In this document: piece by piece, positions 1 to 13,987 of the stretch
How positions within the stretch are numbered: position 1 is the stretch's first letter
Layout of the letters: each line of letters opens with the position of its first letter
Assembly: GCF_009914755.1 (NCBI RefSeq)
Contig: NC_060927.1
DNA length: 64,000 bases
Strand: one strand, 5' to 3'
DNA from: the human T2T-CHM13v2.0 reference genome, Homo sapiens
Translations under genes and position numbers: made by a program
Notes under the pieces: model-generated
The model's input: only the letters and a program-made list of their open reading frames with translations
The model's database searches: none
What the model was told of the DNA's origin: nothing

Positions 1-124
1 AAAATAAATACTATAGAAATAAGACAGTTATAATAGCTGATTTATTAACCATTTGCAGGCACTATTTTTTATTTTGTTCATGTCACTGAATATTATTTTA
101 TTTGCTTACAAAAATATAATTTTC

Positions 125-245
125 TTGCGAGGAGGAAATTTTCTGTCTTGTTGACTGCTGTGTGTTCATTAACCAGAAGAAGAGTTGACACAGAATAGTG
201 GCTCAATAAATAAATATTTGTTAGGTGACTAAGTGAATAATTAAA
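125..245 (+). mobile_element. L2 LINE 3' end fragment
   Basis: 'ttttctgtcttgttgactgctgtgt...cacagaatagtggctcaataaata...tttgtt...gaataa' resembles the L2 3' terminus. Confidence 0.55.
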
Positions 246-2329
246 TAAATGGTGGAGAAGTATTCCAGGGATTTGTCCTGAGCCTTAAGGGAGGGAGATT
301 AAAATAGAAGGTGACAGGAATGAGAGAAAAGTAAAAATATTCCAACTCCAAAAAGAGAAAAGGCAGCCTCATCTTTGCCATGGCATTTGGATGAAGATGG
401 GTGTTAACAGTCTCGTCTCACAGCGCTGAGAAAAATCATTACATGGCTTGGTCACAGTTCAGTGGCTTGAACTGATTGACTAGCCTGAGGGGAGAATGGC
501 TGTATCTTGAGCCTGAAACACACAGTGGCTCAGTGTAACACTCATTGATAGCATCAGCCACTTTAAGAGAGAAACCCTACATTCAAAGAAAAGGATGGAG
601 TTAAGGTGAGGATAAACAGAGATGTGATCATATTTGAGTCACTCACACAGAGAAAAAGAAGTTTGTACTGAAGCTATAGTAAGGACAAAAATGGTAGCAT
701 ATTAGAAAAGGAAGTGATTTGAGCAATACTACAATTCTTGAAATTATTTACTGAAGGCTTCAGCCAGAAATAATTGTGCATTTCTATTGTTTTCCTTTTT
801 GCTGCATTATTGATTTCTTTTTTATGTCTTTAGGCTGATGGACTGTGGAAGTATAGTTATTAAATTGTTCGTTCCCTAATGAGATGGGCTCTAGGTCACT
901 GATTCAAATATCATTAACAGCTTTAAAGATAATTTTTACTTAATATGGGGAGTATTACTCATTTTCTTCCTTCTTTTTCTTCCCGTATCTTTTAGGTACA
1001 TATGTAACATAGCACCTCAGGGTATAGAAAACCAGAAACCTCTGGCATTTTTTGTTAAATAACTGATATATCCAATTGTTTCTTCCAAAGAGGTGGGTAT
1101 AACCTTCCTCTCCTTTCCATTTCAAAATTAGCTGCACATTCTTGGGACCATGTAAAATATTGACCCTAGCTGTGTTATGAAATAAATACCTTGAGAGGAA
1201 ATTTGAAACCAGGAAAGAATTTTAGCCAACAGTTTGACATTGCCTTTGACTAGCTCAGGGCTCAGTTACTACATGAAGTCATTGTACCATTCAGATACAA
1301 AGGCATTTCCCACCAAGCTCTAAGGACATAATATCTGCAGGGTCCATGCTACCTGTTCTTAGACCTAGCATTGTCCAAGATAACTTTAGCTAAACTTGAG
1401 TGGTTGTAAATCAGATACTTTTATTCATGCTTTTTTATCTACCCAAAATGCAGACTTTCCTGGCATATTACTCGGTTCTTTCATTTGAAAATCTATTCTG
1501 CTCATTCCAAGCTATCTTTCCTCTTCTTGTTGACTGCCTTCCAAACCCTTCTTCTTTGTTCTCTGGGGTCACCATTCCACTGTCAATTTTTTTTTTCTGC
1601 ATATTCGTTCTCTTCAGAGAAAATTCTCTCCACGTTCTTATTTTAAAGTAGTGTTTCCCAAAGATGATTTCAGACTATCCATGTATAAATATTTAAATTT
1701 TAATACTTGCATTTTATTTTAATGTATATTCAAAAAATATATATCCATCATGTCTGCACATACATATATTGTCATGTAAGAAATTAAAGGAAGTATTTTG
1801 ATTAAAGAAAGAAGGGAGGAAGGTAGAAATTGACTTAAAGAGAAACAATGAGAAATCAGTAGTATACATAGAAAGTAGAAATGACAAAAATCTTGAATGA
1901 CTCAAGTTTCAAAACTGCTATCTTAAGTAAAACTAATTTTCTATTGAAAACTCCAATTTCACTGTAACTTCTCCAGTGTATGTTCTACTTTCTCATATCC
2001 CAGCTACCACAGGGCCAGGAGGTGACAAGGTATCAACTGTATTCTCTCTCATTATTCTTTCCACATCTTGACTTTGTCTGCCTTCATTTGAAACTGGTCT
2101 TCTTTGAAGCTCACATCTTCAAACCGTAACACTCTATAAGTCCCATTTTTTTCTCTGTAGACCATTGTCCTTCAGATCAGTCTCTTATAGTCATAAAAAG
2201 CTTGAGCATCCATCTCACAACCTTATACTTTTGTGGTTAGTGTGTATATGTGTGTGTATACTGTTAATAAAAGTGATACACATCCATTTTTGAATACTTT
2301 GCATATACAGAAATTACTACTGTTAATAT

Positions 2330-3806
2330 TGTTGAGGACCAGAAAAATGATACCCCAAAGTATGGCACTTTGGCATGCTGAGCACTTTGAACTACAGAAA
2401 ATGAAAAGGTTTCAGAAGCATCATCAGAACCAAGGATTTTCTGACCTCCTGCTTCTCTCCCTAAGTGAAGGCTGAAACTCTCTCTGAAGTTCCCTTATCT
2501 GAAGCTTCTTCAGAAGGAAAAAAATTGCCTTCAATCGCCTCCTGAAATTTCATTAACCAGGGAAGATTAAAATCATATGGCAGGAAGGAAGACTGAGGAG
2601 TGTCACCACACCTAAACAGACTTTGTCACAAGCTATTGTCCGTTTATAGGTCCCATACAATTTCCTAAAAGAATCATTGACACACTATTGTCTGTTCTTT
2701 TTTTGGGCCCATTCATCTTTCTAAAATTCATTTAGACTCCTCAAAATTGCCTATATTCTGCCATCTTCCTCTCCCCTATGCAAAAGGGCATATAAGTTTC
2801 TCAACCTTGGACTCATTGGGAAATCACTTCCCTGTGATTTCCCTGTGCATATAATAAACTTGCTTTTTTTTTCTCCTGTTAGTCTATTGACAGTTTATTT
2901 CAGCAGACTCACATGTAAACCAAAAATAAAATTCTAAGCACCCCCAACCAACTGAATAAACTCCTCCTCTTAGCCAAGGGCATTCTGAAGTTAACCTGAA
3001 ACACTAGTTCAGGCCATGAGAGTAATGAGTTGTCAGACATGCCTCATTCTACCTTCCTCCCTTTGGAATTCAGGCAGAGCTGACTAGCATTAACATTAAA
3101 ACATAGACCATGAGAATGACAATAACAGACTCTTTGTAGCAATAAGATACCAACATGACAGTAGGCCCTAAAAGAAATTATTTTGCCCCAAAATACGGTT
3201 TTTTGACACATTTTGAAATGACCCTGCAAAGCTGTCTCTTGCAAAGAAAATATACATTTTATACAGAATCCTCTTCCTTTTCCAGATATTTGTGCTGATC
3301 CAGGAGAGAACAACTGATTCAGGCACCTTTTTAAGTCTGATAAGAAACATTTACAATCTATTCTCTCTGAAGCCTGCTACCTGGAGGTTTCATCTAAGCA
3401 ATAAGAACCTTGGTCTCCACAATTCCTTACCTTAACTTAAACACTCCCTTCTGTCTATTCTAAGTCTTTAGATAAACTCTCTCAACCAATTGCCAATCAG
3501 AAAATCTTTGAATCCACCTATGACCTGCACACAACCCCCTCCACCCACCCCTGCCTTGAGTTGTCCCATCTTTCCGAACCAAACAAATACATAATACATC
3601 TTACATGTATTAACTGATGTCTTGTATCTCCCTAAAATGTATAAATTCAAGCCCAATCACCTTGGACCCATGTTCTTAGGATCTCCTACGGCTGTGTCAT
3701 GGGCCATGGTCACTCATATTTGGCTCAGAATAAATTTCACAGAGTTTGAGTCTTTCCATCAACATGCACCTTAAAAGGAGAAGGGAAAATTCCCTTCACC
3801 CCTACA
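2330..3806 (+). mobile_element. ERV1 solo LTR (MER39/MER34-like), split by a nested MER4-type LTR
   Basis: Starts TGTTGAGGACCAGAAAAATGATACCCCAAAGTATGGCACTTTGGCATG. Resumes after 3764 and ends ...GGGAAAATTCCCTTCACCCCTACA. Flanks atat/acat approximate a 4-bp TSD. Confidence 0.7.
2914..3764 (+). mobile_element. MER4-family (MER4B/D/E-like) ERV1 solo LTR
   Basis: Starts TGTAAACCAAAAATAAAATTCTAAGCACCCCCAACC. Has AATAAA near 3729 and ends ...GAGTTTGAGTCTTTCCATCAACA. Confidence 0.8.
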
Positions 3807-5087
3807 ACATTATTAATGTTTTGTCATTTTTGTTCAGTTTTTTTGTACTTTATCATTTAACAGTACATCCCCAAAACTTTTAGATGTTATTAAAATGTCT
3901 TTATAGTATAATATAACTAATCCTTAATAGCCTAATATAAATATGCACCACCATTTATCCATCCATTTGTTGAATGTTTGTGTGATAATATATTTTCATG
4001 ATTATATAATTTTTGCAATAAACATTTTTATGCATTACTCATTGTACCAGTTTGAATTACTCCATTAGGCTGTATTCCCAAGATAAGAGGTCAAATGTCA
4101 TGAAAAAATTTGCCTGTAACAGGATAAACTGAGGGCTCCCAGGGGTATTTATAAAGAACAATAGGTGGTTAGAATGTTGCTAACAACCCTGGATTTAGCA
4201 CTTTTGTTATCTAAAGCTATTTCGTCAGCTCTCAGGCTTTTATTATGCTGAATGGGCCATGGGAACTGAATGAACTTTTTGAGAAGTCCAAAGTTAGAAA
4301 TGCTGGGAATAGTAGGAGCAAAAGTAGGAAAGGAAAAAGATGTAAATAGTACCGGGGTAGTGAAATTTTGTGAGAAATTTGTTTAAAGGGAATATAATAG
4401 GATTTAGGAAAAATCTTTTACATGGAACCTACATTCTCTTTTACAAAAAGCTTGTAATGTTTGTTCACACTCTGTCTTCAAGAAGTTCAGACAGGTCACA
4501 TGGAAATTTACTAAGGCTGGTACACAAAGGCTTATAAATGCAAACTTCAAAAGAATATCTGCAAAGCTTGCATGCTATGAATCTATAAAGTAGGTATGTG
4601 GGTTAAGGATATAAGCTTTTGGAACACAAAAAGCCATAAAAGAGGCTTTTAGCTACTGCCTGGTGGTTTTAAATTTGGGAGGAGGAGGTAGAGGGTGGGA
4701 CTTATGGAGAGGCCTGTAATGATAGTTTCCAAGTTTAGATCTTGAGAAGAACTGGATACAAATATATGCAATTTTCAACAACACCCACTTTCCTGTAAAA
4801 AAGGGTTTGATAATTTCTAATGAGGCAGTTTAAGTCTAACATTTTGTTTAAGACCATAGACTCAAGCACCATGCTACCTGGGTTCAAATACAAAATAATG
4901 AAAGGTAAAAAATGAATAAAAATGGTTTACCTATATAAGCAAAGAGAAAATAGGAAAAACAACCCAGTTTTGAATTCAGAATCATGTAAATGTCACACAT
5001 ATTTTCAAAAAAATAATAAGTCCAAAGGATGACAGAACAAACCATCCCCAAAATTTGAAAACAAAGTGAAACAAATAAACCTAAGTA

Positions 5088-5374
5088 GGCTGGGTGTGGT
5101 GGCTCATGCCTGTAATGCCAGCATTTTGGGAGGCCGAGGCGGGTGGATCACTTGAGGTCAGGAATTTGAGACCAGCCTGGCCAACATGGTGAAAACCCGT
5201 CTCTACTAAAAATACAAAAATTAGCTGGGCATGGTGGCTCATGCCTCTAATCCCAGCTACCAGGGAGGCTGAGGCAGGAGAATGGCTAGAACCAGGAGGC
5301 GGAGATTGCAGTGAGCCTAGATAGCCCACTGCACTCCAGCCTGGGAAACAGAGTGAGACTCCATCTCAAAATAA

Positions 5375-5412
<38 letters not shown>
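5088..5412 (+). mobile_element. AluS with (AAAT)n tail
   Basis: Full dimeric Alu. 15-bp TSD AAATAAACCTAAGTA at 5073-5087 and 5413-5427. Confidence 0.97.
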
Positions 5413-5413
<1 letters not shown>

Positions 5414-5646
5414 AATAAACCTAAGTATATATTGGTTGGTACCATAACTGCATGGACAAGAATTATTTCAAATACCTTTCAAACATGTTAGTTTGACTCT
5501 GCATCCCAAAGCATAATATCCTGACTCTACATTCTTGTATCCTCAGAAAAACTAACTGAAAAAACACTGAAATTGTATTCAGTGGTATTACGCTAGTAGT
5601 AATGTTGGTGTCGTTATTTCAGTATTTGGTATGTTGGTATTATTAT

Positions 5647-6314
5647 TGTTAATGGAAAAATCAACCTCTGTAAAATATTTTAGAGAGGCTTATTCTAAGC
5701 CAGTATGAGTGACCATGGCCTCTTGAAACTGTGTTTCAAGAGGTCCTGAGAAAATGTGCCTTAGGTGGTCGGTTTGGTTTTATACATTTCAGGTAAACAG
5801 GAATTGTAGACAAAGACATAAATCAATACATGGAAGGTATACATTAGTTTGGTCTGAAAAAGTGGGATATTTTGAAGCAGGGGCTTATAGGTTATAGATA
5901 GATTCAGAAATTCTTCAATTTGGAATTGGGTAAAGAAGTAAAGCTTTGTCTTAAAATTTGGAGTTAGCAGAAAGGTATTTTTATGATAAGAAAGTCTGTT
6001 AACCAATTGACTGGGTCAGAGTGACCTGTAAGTGTGTGTGACTTAACCCTTGTCCGGCATGGCCTCAGGTCCTGTTTATAATTGGGTATCTTATTGTCAC
6101 AAAAAGTCCATTTTGTTAGTCTTATGATCTCTGTTTTAACATTAATGCTGGTTGGTGGTTTTGCCTAAATTCCAAAAGGGAATGGGTATAATTATGCATA
6201 TCTGACCTCCCTTCCTGTCTTAGACAGGAATTCTGTTTTTAAGGTTTTTCTGGGGTCCTCTTGGCCGAAAAGGGATCCTTTTAGTTGGTGACGGCTTAAG
6301 ATTTCTAATTTATA
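5647..6314 (-). mobile_element. MER4-family (MER4C-like) ERV1 solo LTR
   Basis: TGTTAATGGAAAAATCAACCTCTGTAAAATATTT...GACCATGGCC is the reverse complement of a MER4 3' end. The far end 'agttggtgacggcttaagatttctaatttata' resembles the reversed 5' end. Confidence 0.75.
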
Positions 6315-7264
6315 AATGCAAACTTATTTTGAAATTTTCATGTACATTATTATATACCTTATGTACACACATACTTATGGTAGGATAAAGCAAATGAATA
6401 ATATACTTATGTCATTATAAAATAAGGATTTTCAAAGAAACAGAAAAGAGATACAAATATGAAATCAAATAAATTATGAAATAAACCAAAACTTAAGATT
6501 TTCAATGTATTTTTTCTAAAAAAAAGTTTATTTCCTAACATCATTTGCCAAACGTGAAACAAATAGTGTAATAAAAGATGACAGCAATAGATCAAAATAT
6601 ATATCTTGATATAGATATACAGATATAGATATATGTTAACATCATAATAATATTCATAAAGAAACTTCTTAACTTCATAATGATATTCAAAAGGAAATTC
6701 ATATATTGGCTTTGATGATTAATAAGACAAGAACTCATTATTATAATAATAAAAGAAGAAAAGATAACATTTATTCTGTCTTTCCTATTAAGACCGTATT
6801 TCAGAATACTCAAAAAATGTATGAAATTTCCTCTTTAGAAAAGAATAACAACTAGTAAATTCAGGAGTAATATTAGAATTGAAACATCACCACTTTGCAC
6901 CTTGAATTAAATAATAAATGCTAAAACTATTAGATGAAAGATTGATGGGAAAAATTTTTAATGGATAGATGGCAACACTTGATCCATCTTAACCTAAATA
7001 AAAATAAGAGAATACATTATGTTCTTCCTGATGCAATAGGAAGTTCAGATTATATCACCTCTCTATGGTCTGTTATTGCCAAAAAAAGAAAAAAGCAAAG
7101 ATGAATCTAATCAAATCTGGATCTACTGCCAAATTATTGCAAAAACATGGGTGTGGAGAAACATGTTAATTAATACTACATTCATATAATCAGTCCAGTG
7201 AAAAATATAAAAGATTCTGCAGTATAAATGATTTGGCAGATATAGTGAGAAATGGCATAAAAGG

Positions 7265-8150
7265 GGGTGGGGAGAGTTAGCATGCAATACAAACATGCTC
7301 ACACCACGTGCCCACTCCCATAGGTCTAAATACATGCTTCTTTTCTAGTCCTACTTGATCCCAATCTTCCAATCTTACTCCTTTCTGACTTCTCACCAGA
7401 GAGCTAAACCATTAACTATTGCCTAAGAGTTCACGTATACCCTTAGTTTGGACGACTTTTCTTATTATACAAATGAATGACCAAATGAACTGACAGATAC
7501 TCTGCCTAAGGGATTTTCCTCACAACTGTCTGTCAGGGACATTCCCAAGTAAGGGGTATAGTAAAATAGCAGTTCATTTTCCACCGGTAACCATGTATCA
7601 AGCCAACCTATCCATGGATCAAACTCAAACTGTCTTTCTCTATCAGCTGGTAATGGAGAATTCCTCCCATGAGGCTAAGGGAGTGTTGTTAATGCAACAT
7701 TTTCAGGTGACATGGAGGTCCAAGCCGTCTTTCTTGAAGCTTACTTAAGCTCTCTGGACTTAATTGAGCCCAAAACTTTAAATATAACACTTCCATTTTA
7801 CAACAGATCGCTGCTGAGGTTGCCTAATGTTATGACTTGTTAACTAATGGTCTAACTCAGTTCAAGATAGATTATTTTATTATGTGGTCATTTGATGTTC
7901 TAGGTTCAGAAGATTGGTTTCTATGTGAGTCCAGTAGTATACCAAAAGCTGTTTTTCTTTTTCTTTTATTTGTTTCTTTATTTTAGAGACAGGATCTTGC
8001 TGTATTGCCCAGGCTGGTCTCCACCTCCTGGCCCCAAGTGATCCTCCTGCCTCAGCCTTTCGAGTTGCCAGGGTTACAGGAGTTAGCCACCACACCTTGC
8101 AAAAAAGCTCTTTTTCAAATGGTGTATAGTTCTCTCATGCAAATGGTTTA
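7265..8150 (-). mobile_element. Decayed ERV-L/class III endogenous retrovirus pol (RT connection/RNase H) remnant
   Basis: Minus-strand translations ENYTPFEK-, EKQLLVYYWTHIETNLLNLEHQMT, QQRSVVKWKCYI, VYVNS*AIVNGLALW...DWKIG and MYLDLWEWARGVSMFVLHANS fall in the order of HERV-L pol motifs (NYSPFEKQLLACYWAL, QQHSIIKWKWYI, YTDSWAVANGLAGW, MWIDLSEW..IFVSHVNAH). Stops and frameshifts are present. Confidence 0.85.
7958..8100 (-). mobile_element. FLAM (free left Alu monomer) inserted in the ERV-L pol remnant
   Basis: Single monomer with T tail. TSD AAAAGCT(G/C)TTTTTC at 7944-7957 and 8103-8116. Confidence 0.9.
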
Positions 8151-8383
8151 TCAGTCTGAGTCCTATCAAAAGAAAAGCAATACAGTAATTTAAACACGAA
8201 AAGTTTAATATAAAAAATTAGCAACAATAAGGGATTAGAATATAAAGAGACTAGATAGTAAGAAGTAAGAAAATTTAACAGAATATAGGAGGATCAAATA
8301 AAGGAACAGTCATTATTCCTAGGGCTGAGATTAAACACCCAGAGGAGTCTCACCCTCCACCCAGAGATGAGATCTAGACCTCA

Positions 8384-8530
8384 TGTCAGGAACTGAGAAG
8401 GGTCTGATATTTGTCCTCCTTGACAACTAACCAGTTAGTCTGCAACAGATTTGTAGATGCTGGCAGAAAACATGAGATGCTAGAGTCAAAGACAAATAAC
8501 TTCATTACTCAAGGCATAGAATAGGAAGGT
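8384..8530 (-). mobile_element. Old LTR fragment (MER76/MER68-like, uncertain)
   Basis: 'tgtcaggaactgagaagggtctgatatt...ccagttagtctgcaacagatttgtagatgctggcagaaaacatgaga' resembles a reversed ERVL-type LTR 3' end. Confidence 0.4.
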
Positions 8531-8882
8531 GTCTTAATGAAGGCAATTTACCACAAACTCCCACTATGAGAGGTTCTGGGGGTAGCTGCTGACCGTTGGG
8601 TGATGATGGCCAATGTGCACTGAAGGAGTCCAGCACTGGAGAAATTACAAGTGTTGCAAGAGCTTGGTGCTAGAGAAGCTTTGTATGCTGCAGCAGTATA
8701 GGGGAAGTTTTGTGCGCTGCAGGAGCGTTCAGAAACCAACCATGCATTGGGAAATAGGAAGCAAAACCATTTTGTCCTTGCAATGTCTCTCCAATGCCCT
8801 CAGCTAAGAAATCAGTGCCAACTTTCAAAAGGAAAATATATGTATGTATGTGTGTGTACACACACACACATATTTTTTGTAG

Positions 8883-9180
<298 letters not shown>

Positions 9181-10059
9181 CCAAAGGAAAATATTTAAAT
9201 ATTTAAAGGACTTAGCTCCATTAATGCAGAGCAGGCAAATACAAAAATTTGAAGCTAAAAATAAATCAACTGGTAGCCAGTACAGGTGGCATGCCCTTGC
9301 TCTGGAATGTAAGAGTGTACACTTTGACTCTGCTTTTCACTTTTGCTAGAGGCTCGAGAGAGCATCTTTCTCTAATACCTTCGTATATGATGGGTTATAT
9401 GGTCCAAGCAGATCTACCTATACCACAGTCAGAACATGTCAGAGCCCACAGTCAGAGCCCTTACTTACTCTGAGTTTGCACTCAAAACTAGCAGACTCCC
9501 AAACCATCCAACAGAAGGTTTTGGGCAGCATTTCAGGTGCAAAATATGCTACTTCTAAAATCCAAATGAACTCACTAAGATTTGTACTTATTCCGTATTG
9601 GTGAGTAGTGCGATAAATTGTTGTTTACTTTGGAAGAGATGCCCTGGATGACAAGATCACTAAAAACTTCAGCGAAGTATCATGTCCTTGAAACTTTATA
9701 GAGTTTATCTCCCACCTCTTGAAACATATATTTTAACAAGGTACCCAGAGTATTTTCCATCTATTGCTCATCAGTTTCCGTTAATAAGATGTCATAAATC
9801 TAGTGTACCAATACATTATTTTGTAATATGTCCACATGATCAAGGTTCTTTTAGACCATAATGACAAAGAACAGGAGAGTTAACATAGCACTGAGGAAAG
9901 ACCAACAACATATACTGTTGTTTATTCAATGAATGCATACTGCATTTGATCCCCACCACCTTCTTATGTAGAATAAATTGTACATAGGGCCTCACCATAC
10001 TGCGTCTTTTTTCTTTTCATTTCTTAATAAAAAATTTTTCTTTTGCTTTCTAAAGCCAT

Positions 10060-10242
10060 TCCTTAGCTCCATAACTTTGGGCAAGTTAATTAGCTTCTCT
10101 GCAGATCAGTTGCACCATCTGTAAAATGCAGACGACAATATAAATATCTCAAAAGGGTTATTTTTAGAAATAAGTGAGTTAACACATGTAAAGTAGTTGG
10201 AATAGTTCCTGATGTGCAACAAGCATACAATGTTATTATTGC
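10060..10242 (+). mobile_element. MIR SINE
   Basis: Core 'ctttgggcaagtta...ctctg...cagtt...catctgtaaaatg...aataa...acatgtaaagt...gttcctga'. Confidence 0.8.
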
Positions 10243-11049
10243 TGCTTTTAAAAAAATCTGTCCCACACATACATTTGTCCTATTAGTAGAGCTGTAGACT
10301 AGTCTGGTGATCCGGAAGAAGTTCTTAAGCCACTGTCTGCATGTCCTAGGTATGCAGTCCATCAAGTTCTAGCATTCATAGCTGTCTAGAAAATCTGCCT
10401 CTTAACCTAGAGAGAAGTGCTTTGGACATCTGGTGATTATGTACCATCTTTTGAACTTGGGTCTATTGAGTACTTAAGGATGATATGAGAAGGTAAAAAG
10501 AAGCACTATGTGACTTCACTCAAACTTTCCATTTCTTTATATTTGTATATTTATAAGGTCTATAACAATTCTAAGGGGCATCAAAAGATTAGTTTGAGAG
10601 TTTTTCTTGCCTTCCCCAAGCCAAAAACTTTATAGAAAGTTTTGTATTGTGACTGTAATGTAATTCTCATCAGTGCATTTTTTACTAATGCATTTGTACT
10701 TAAATTTGTTGGGGTTTTGGCTTAGCAAGACTATGCTGCAACTGTCTTCAATGCAGGCGCAGGGCAAAATTGACATATAGGCCCAGTTATAGGTAAGTGT
10801 TTACATAAATTTCTCAATCCAGATTGCCATATTACTACCAGAAAAATAGATGACTTATATTCTCAACAACAATGTGTAAGATTCTAGTTTAAAATACCTT
10901 CACCAGCACTGAGAACTATTCATTTTTATTTTTGTTCATTTGATAAGCAGATAACTCTGCCCTCCTTTTTATGAGAAAAAGAAACATCATTTGTGCATAA
11001 ATTCCTTACATTCTATTTCGTTTTCTTAGCTACAAGGATATCTACAATT

Positions 11050-12150
11050 ATGCCCATCTTCATCTCTTTCCCTTAATTAAGTCTTAGAGGATGCTGGCAT
11101 CCCACCTTCTCTTAGAGGTTAGCCTACTACTTGTAATCTGATTCCTATACACATGCATTTTCTTCTGGGACTTGCTACATTAACTGTATTCTTGTTGGTA
11201 CCTTCAGCGCTTCCTTCTCTATTTACTACTTCCTCTCTACCTGAAACATGAGTGAGTCTCGATCACTTTAAAATTATTTTTTCTTGATCCTGCATCATCT
11301 CTTTTCTTTATTTTGCCACCCCTTTTCTTTCTCTCCTTATCCTTATTTCTATTCCTATCTTGAAAGAGTGGTCGATGTTTTTTCATTTCTCATATCCATT
11401 TAAAGTCATTCAAAGAAGATTTTCATATATAACTTTTCAATATAATTATTTTGGAAATGATTTCCAATAATCCCTCTAGTTCATAATTCTAATGGCTACT
11501 TCTAGTTCATATAGTATTTTACCTCTTTAAGTTATTTGGCCTCATTGGCACTTTTCTTCTTTTTCCGAAATCCTTTCCTCTATTGGCTTTTGTGCTAGAT
11601 TTTTTTTTTCAGTAAACATTCATCCTCACTCCTTTCTACTCTCTTCTAATTATTGTTGGAGCTAGAAACACCAGGAATTAAAATTTTCAAATTCCTTTCC
11701 CACCAGAATTTTGCAGTAATTTACATTCTAACAATGAGAACTTGCTTGAGATTTGAAAGAGAGGAAGCAAAAATCAATTATTTTTCTGGAATCAATGGGC
11801 ACCAGTAACGGCTTCTGCAAACATGTAGTCAGCTGCGATTATTAACAGCAATTGTCCAAATTTCTAATAAGTTATAACAAATCTTTCTGATTAAAATAAT
11901 TAGAGGTGTTTATGCTTATGTTTTTCTGATGAAAGCCTTACTAGTCAGCTTCCATGAAAAATACTCTGGTTTTTATTCTGATCCTTCTACAACTCAGTCC
12001 GCTCTTTATCAGTGTCCTTTGCAGCATCTAGTTCCTCTCTGCACTCCTTAAATGTTGGTGATTGTTGATGCTCCTGTTTTCTCATCCTACTACATCCCCT
12101 CCCTAGTCAATATCACTCATTCTTATACATTATTCTTAAGTTCCAGATTC
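11050..12150 (+). mobile_element. L2 fragments with an internal LTR33-like insert (~11650-11945)
   Basis: Pyrimidine-rich L2-like sequence ('ccctctagttcataattctaatggctacttc', 'ctccttaaatgttggtg'). The insert ends 'ctttctgattaaaataattagagg...tttttctga'. Confidence 0.45.
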
Positions 12151-12760
12151 ATGTACAATAATAATGATTATATTAGTCAGATTGGATTTGAGGTAAAGGA
12201 TAATTCCACAATTTTAGTGGCTTACACAAACAAATGTTTATGAGTTACTTGCATTTCATATCAACTGAGGGTCACTGTGAGTAGGATGTGGGGCTGAGCC
12301 CCTATTTGGGACACACTGTTATTACATGGTTCTCAAAACTCCTGCTTGGATGTGGCACATATCACCCGCATGATCAAGCATAGCATGAATAGTATAGGTA
12401 TGTATATTGTTCACATGGGGAAGCACTGCAACTCACCTAGCAATTGGCATGGATATATACCCCTCCTTCAGGGATAAGGAAGTGCATATCTGTGGATGAC
12501 AATTTAATCTAACACAATATTGATACCACTAATATCAGTAATTTAAAACTGTTACAATATAAGTATTCCTACTTCTAAAAATCTTTAGGATGCTTTTTAT
12601 TATTTCATAAAATACCTACAATAGAGATAAACAGAAAATGTAAGAAACATAATGACCTACCTGCCATTTTCTTTCCCTCCAATTCTTACACTTCAAGTCT
12701 GAAGCAACTGATATTAACAGGCAAGTGAGTGCTGGTAAAGCCTCTGGCTCTGTTGAGATT

Positions 12761-13197
12761 TGTAGCTGATTGCTAGTTGTCTGTTACTATCCATTCTCTT
12801 CTTTCCATATAATAGAGTAGAAAGTAGTCACATATCTTCCCAGCTAAAGTTTATAATCTCCAGATATCTTACAGTTAAGGGTAACCACATCACAAAGCTT
12901 TGCTCAAAGGGATGTAAAAAACCAAAAAGTACTGTGTACCACTCTGAGACTTGAACAGCTAAAAATGATTGGGAATAGGCCATTCTTTCCCTTGATGGGT
13001 GGATGAGAATCATTGGAGGATCTTTCCAGAGTTGCACAGGAAGGTCACAGCTATAAGTTGAGTATGGCAGAGATGACTACAAGGACAAGTTTGCCTACTT
13101 ATCTCTAAGTTATTACATGGATAAGGATAAACTTCTTCTTGTTGAAGTTTCTTGGTCCCTTTGTTATAGTAGCATACCTTGCAGCCTACATAATACA
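12761..13197 (+). mobile_element. MLT1J-like MaLR LTR
   Basis: TG start 'tgtagctgattgctagttg', 'cttcccagctaaag', 'cacaaagctttgctcaaagggatgtaa', ending 'ttgttatagtagcata...cataataca'. Confidence 0.55.
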
Positions 13198-13987
13198 AGG
13201 CCCTGGTGGAGAAACACCAGTCTGATTTATTTCCTTTCCCCTTTTCCCATTCCATTTCACCTTGTTGGTAGACATTTCTGGAACAGAGCCTGGGAGTGAG
13301 GACCAGAAATCTCTGGATCCGGTTAAGAGACTGGCATTCAGATCCTCATGGACCCATGAGGGAAAGGTTGACACTGGCCACACAAAAGCATGTCAGGTCT
13401 CTAAATTAGTTCCCAAGAAGACTCTCATTTCCCTTTATCCTGCTTTATTTTGTTACATAACTTATCACTATATGAAATACTAGATAATTAGTTAAATTAA
13501 AATGTCTGAACTTTTGTGTCCAAGATAAAGCCAGAAAATAGGCTCTCTGAATGGGGGGTTTGCTGGGGTAATGACACCCAGTTACAATATTGGGTCCTAA
13601 GAGAGATCATACAACGGCTTGAGGTAATTCTAGACTTCCACAACAGACACAGAGATGTTTGGGGCTGAGGAGGGAGGAAGGACACTGCTGACCAGGAATG
13701 ATTTAAACTAAAGACCTCCATTTCCAGATTGAAGTTACCCTTATTAAGGAAATTATCTTGGGAAATGATGCTCTCTGTCCACACGTTTGAAAAGAATCTT
13801 GCCTCTGAGCAAGTGCAATCCAGGCATAGAGTTAGCTAGCCATCAGCTCTTCCAATGAAGGCAACTGTAAACAAAGAAACAGCCCAATGGAAATTTTAAA
13901 AAGCACCTTTTGATAGATAACCCAGGTTCAAGAACCTCCCATTCAGAGCCTTCTAGTAGAACTTGGGCTGGAAAACAGCATCCTAGG

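Larger units (their letters stand above)
4880..7250 (+). mobile_element. Old L1M (L1MC-like) 3' fragments, interrupted by an Alu and a MER4-type LTR
   Basis: A-rich degenerate L1 3'UTR-like sequence on both sides of the Alu and the LTR. Boundaries are approximate. Confidence 0.4.

Noticed and set aside
9240-9780. Possible minus-strand integrase-like remnant (VDLLGP near 9400-9420)
   Set aside because: Only one short motif, with no convincing colinear support by eye. It needs a Dfam or tBLASTn search.
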